64,000 bases of DNA from Candidatus Multivoradales bacterium (GTDB lineage: Bacteria > Acidobacteriota > Thermoanaerobaculia > Multivoradales > JAHEKO01), in assembly GCA_965223155.1 (NCBI GenBank), contig CBDCVR010000014.1:992001-1056000 (forward strand). The letters run 5' to 3'. Each line of letters begins with the position of its first letter. Position 1 is the first letter of the stretch. This document shows positions 61,312-64,000 of this stretch, piece after piece. Below the pieces are notes generated by a model. It had not been told where the DNA came from. It did no database searches and saw only the letters and a program-made list of their open reading frames with translations. The position numbers were made by a program, and so were the translations under genes.

Positions 61312-63522
61312 CTAGTACTCGAGGACCTCGCGCACCGCGTTGACCACGTCGGCGGACGACGGCAGCAGGCTTTTCTCGAGATCCCGCTGGTACGGGACGG
61401 GCCGGTCGGGGTAGGCGATCCGGCGCACCGGCGCGTCGAGCCAGTCGAACGTGCGCTCGGCGATGAGTGCCGCGATCTCGGCGCCGAAGCCGCCGGTCTT
61501 CTGGGCCTCGTGCACGATGACGGCGCGGGACGTCTTCTGCACCGAGGCCTCGATCGCCGCCCAGTCGAGCGGTACCAGGGTGCGCAGGTCGAGGACCTCC
61601 GCTTCGCACACACCCTCGGCGGAAAGGGCGTCGGCGGCTTCCCGGCAGGTCCAGGTGCCCGCCCCGTACCCGATCAGGGTGACGTCGCCGCCTTGACGCC
61701 GGATCGCCGCACGTCCCAGCGGCTCGGCCTCGACGGCCTCGGGCAGGACGTCCTTGACGCGCCGGTAGAGGAACTTGTGCTCGCAGAAGATCACCGGGTT
61801 GGGATCCCGAATGGACTCGGCCAGGAGCGCTCGGGCATCGGCCGCGGTCGCTGGGCACACGACCTTGAGCCCGGCGACGTGCGCGAACCAGCCCTCCGGG
61901 TTCTGCGAGTGAAAGGGCCCCGCCCCCACTCCCCCCCCGGATGGCAGCCGCACCACCAGCGGACAGGGCACCTGCCAGCGGTAGAAGAGCTTGGCCGCCA
62001 CGTTGACGATCTGATTGAACCCGCACGAGACGAAATCGGCGAATTGCATCTCGACCACCGGCCGGTACCCCAGGAGCGCCGCGCCGACCGCGATGCCCAG
62101 GGTGCCGCTCTCGGCGATCGGGGTATCCAGAACCCGCCGAGGCCAGCGCTGGTGGAGTCCCCGGGTGACCCGGAAGGCGCCTTCGAAGACTCCGATGTCT
62201 TGGCCCATGAGAAGAACCGACTCGTCGGCCGCCATCGCCTCCTCGAGCGCCCGGTGGATGGCATCGACGTAGGTCGTCTCGCCACCGCTCCGAGCCGGCC
62301 GGGCCGCAATCGAGGCCTCGTCGCCGTCCTCCGCTCCGGCGGCCGCCATCGACTCGGACTCCGCCTCCAAGCTTCCGTCAGAATCGGGCTCGGGCTCGGA
62401 TTCCTGGGACGCCGGCTCCGGATCGAGCTCCGATGCCGCCTCCGGCCCGGTTTCGGCCGCAGGCTCGGTTTCGGTTTCGGCTCCCGATAGCGCAAATACC
62501 GCCCGGCGAGCAACGTCCACGCCCGGCGCCGGAGCCGCCTGACCGGCCTCGAGCGCGGCCTCGATCAGCCGGCTCACCCGCCGGCCGATCGCCAACTCGG
62601 TCTCGGGGTCCAGGACCCCGACCTCGAGCAGCTTCTGAGCGTAGGCGCCGAGCGGGTCCTCGGCTCGATAGCGAGCCAGCTCGCGCTCGGGAACGACCTT
62701 CAAAGAGTCGTCGCCCTGGCTGTGGCCGCGCATGCGTCCCAGCATGGCCTCGATCAGGGTCGGTCCGTCGCCGGCCCGCGCCCGGGTCACCGCCCGGGCA
62801 ACCGCCTTCATGACCTTGTCGGGATCGTTGCCATCGACGGTCTCGGCGGCGATTCCGTAACCCCGGCCCCGGTCGCTCAAGCGCTCGGCGGCGTACTGCG
62901 CCCGGGTCGGTGTCGAGAACGCGTAGCGGTTGTTCTCGACCACCAGCACCAGGGGCAGACGCCAGACCGCCGCCATGTTGAGCCCCTCGTGAAAGTCTCC
63001 GGTGGAGGTACCACCGTCGCCGATGAAGTTGATCGCCACGCGGTCACTGCCGTTCTGCTTGAGCGCAAAGGCACAGCCCGCGGCCACGGGAATCATGGAT
63101 CCAAGGTGGCTGATCATGCCAACGTGCCGGATCCCGGCCTCGGGCGCCAGGTAGCCGTAGTGAAACGAGCGCTCGACGCCCTGGGAGAAGCCGGTGGCTT
63201 TGCCCAGAAGCTGGCCCGCGAGCCGTTCCAGAAGCTCGACGGGGTCCGGGCGTCGTCCGTCGGGCTCGCCAAAACCCAGTCCCGGGAAGGTCCGAGCCGG
63301 ATCCAGATACACGGCCAGGATGGCGCCCAGGTCCCGATGCAACGTCGCCAGCACGTCGCCCGGCTGAATCGCCAAGCCGGCCGCCACGGTGGTCGCCTCG
63401 TTGCCGACGGCGCTGTACCACTTGCTCACTCGCCCGGTCAGGAGCATCGACTCGAAGCGCTCGTCCAGCTCGCGCGACAGACGCATGTAGGCGTAGCGAA
63501 GCAGCGAGGGGTTGCGGATCAT
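61312..63522 (-). CDS. 2-oxoacid dehydrogenase E1, fused alpha and beta subunits
   Basis: TPP motif GDGG...ENN, DGND; beta-subunit DTPIAESG, EMQFADF, GPFHSQ, DLRTLVPLD; acidic linker between the halves. Confidence 0.93.
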   Translation of the reverse strand: MIRNPSLLRYAYMRLSRELDERFESMLLTGRVSKWYSAVGNEATTVAAGLAIQPGDVLATLHRDLGAILAVYLDPARTFPGLGFGEPDGRRPDPVELLERLAGQLLGKATGFSQGVERSFHYGYLAPEAGIRHVGMISHLGSMIPVAAGCAFALKQNGSDRVAINFIGDGGTSTGDFHEGLNMAAVWRLPLVLVVENNRYAFSTPTRAQYAAERLSDRGRGYGIAAETVDGNDPDKVMKAVARAVTRARAGDGPTLIEAMLGRMRGHSQGDDSLKVVPERELARYRAEDPLGAYAQKLLEVGVLDPETELAIGRRVSRLIEAALEAGQAAPAPGVDVARRAVFALSGAETETEPAAETGPEAASELDPEPASQESEPEPDSDGSLEAESESMAAAGAEDGDEASIAARPARSGGETTYVDAIHRALEEAMAADESVLLMGQDIGVFEGAFRVTRGLHQRWPRRVLDTPIAESGTLGIAVGAALLGYRPVVEMQFADFVSCGFNQIVNVAAKLFYRWQVPCPLVVRLPSGGGVGAGPFHSQNPEGWFAHVAGLKVVCPATAADARALLAESIRDPNPVIFCEHKFLYRRVKDVLPEAVEAEPLGRAAIRRQGGDVTLIGYGAGTWTCREAADALSAEGVCEAEVLDLRTLVPLDWAAIEASVQKTSRAVIVHEAQKTGGFGAEIAALIAERTFDWLDAPVRRIAYPDRPVPYQRDLEKSLLPSSADVVNAVREVLEY

Positions 63523-63645
63523 CCTGAGGCTCGGGCGGTCGAAACGGGGTCGAAACTCCGCCGGGAATGCTAGCAGCCTAGCGGCGCGCCGACCTGGGCC
63601 CAAGCCATGGGTCCGGGCCGCGCCACCGCCCCATCTAGGGGCTTG

Positions 63646-64000
63646 CTAGATAGGCACGCCGTAGAGCGAGTCCGCCCAGGTCTCGACAGTGCCCCGCTGA
63701 TCCTTGCGGGCGAACGGAACGCCCAGAAGGCGAGCTTCGCCGAAGTGCATCGAGTACTGGAGATCGCGCAGGAGATCGGGCTTGTCCACCTCGGAGGCGA
63801 TAAGAGCAAAGTGCGCCAGCTTCTTGGCGTCCTCGACGCCGAAACAGCCCTCGGTCAGACGCTCGCCCAGCTTCTCGTCGAGCTTGGGATAGGCGTCCGT
63901 GTAGCGCCGGGTGAGCTCGACGGTCGAATCCAGAGGCGCCCGAAAGGCCGGCACAACGAACTCACCGTCGCCCCGCAGGTCGCGGCTCGGGGGATCCCCG
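63646..64000 (-). CDS. Partial hypothetical protein (3' end only)
   Basis: Frame is open from the window edge to the stop at 63646; host-like codon usage. Confidence 0.55.
   Translation of the reverse strand, partial: GDPPSRDLRGDGEFVVPAFRAPLDSTVELTRRYTDAYPKLDEKLGERLTEGCFGVEDAKKLAHFALIASEVDKPDLLRDLQYSMHFGEARLLGVPFARKDQRGTVETWADSLYGVPI

Noticed and set aside
61312-63522. E1 alpha-beta fusion as a novelty
   Set aside because: Such fusions are well known in several phyla; substrate specificity cannot be read from the sequence.

Overview
High-GC bacterial DNA, probably Acidobacteriota. This is inferred from the tandem GWxTD-VWA genes and an M56 peptidase with a TIGR03435-like tail. The window has two parts. 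(1) Positions <1-12857 are the tRNA-proximal end of a genomic island lying 3' of a tRNA-Ala(GGC) gene (12858-12933, minus strand). The island carries a translationally coupled four-gene operon: a Cys-rich unknown protein, a ParB/Srx-fold protein, a SNF2 ATPase and a DUF3883 nuclease. This operon converges on a second one encoding an m5C methyltransferase, a GIY-YIG nuclease and Vsr. Next come a membrane protein and a 1141-aa protein that seems to fuse a VirD4/TraD-like ATPase, a winged-helix plus PD-(D/E)xK relaxase-like region and an excisionase-like HTH. A stand-alone PD-(D/E)xK nuclease and an att-like region follow. The seven-gene ParB-SNF2-DUF3883/m5C locus is the best candidate for an undescribed defence system. 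The ATPase-relaxase-Xis fusion with its membrane partner is the best candidate for an undescribed mobility module. (2) Positions 12934-64000 are mostly core genome: hflX, comF, a sigma54 two-component system, rpmE-prfA...prmC-murA, a split NAD synthetase, rsmI, mnmA-iscS, two GWxTD-VWA paralogues, maf, trmJ, eda, apgM, argS, a BlaI/BlaR1 pair and a fused E1 alpha-beta dehydrogenase. Leaderless-promoter signatures recur in this part. All calls come from reading motifs by eye; no database search was run.
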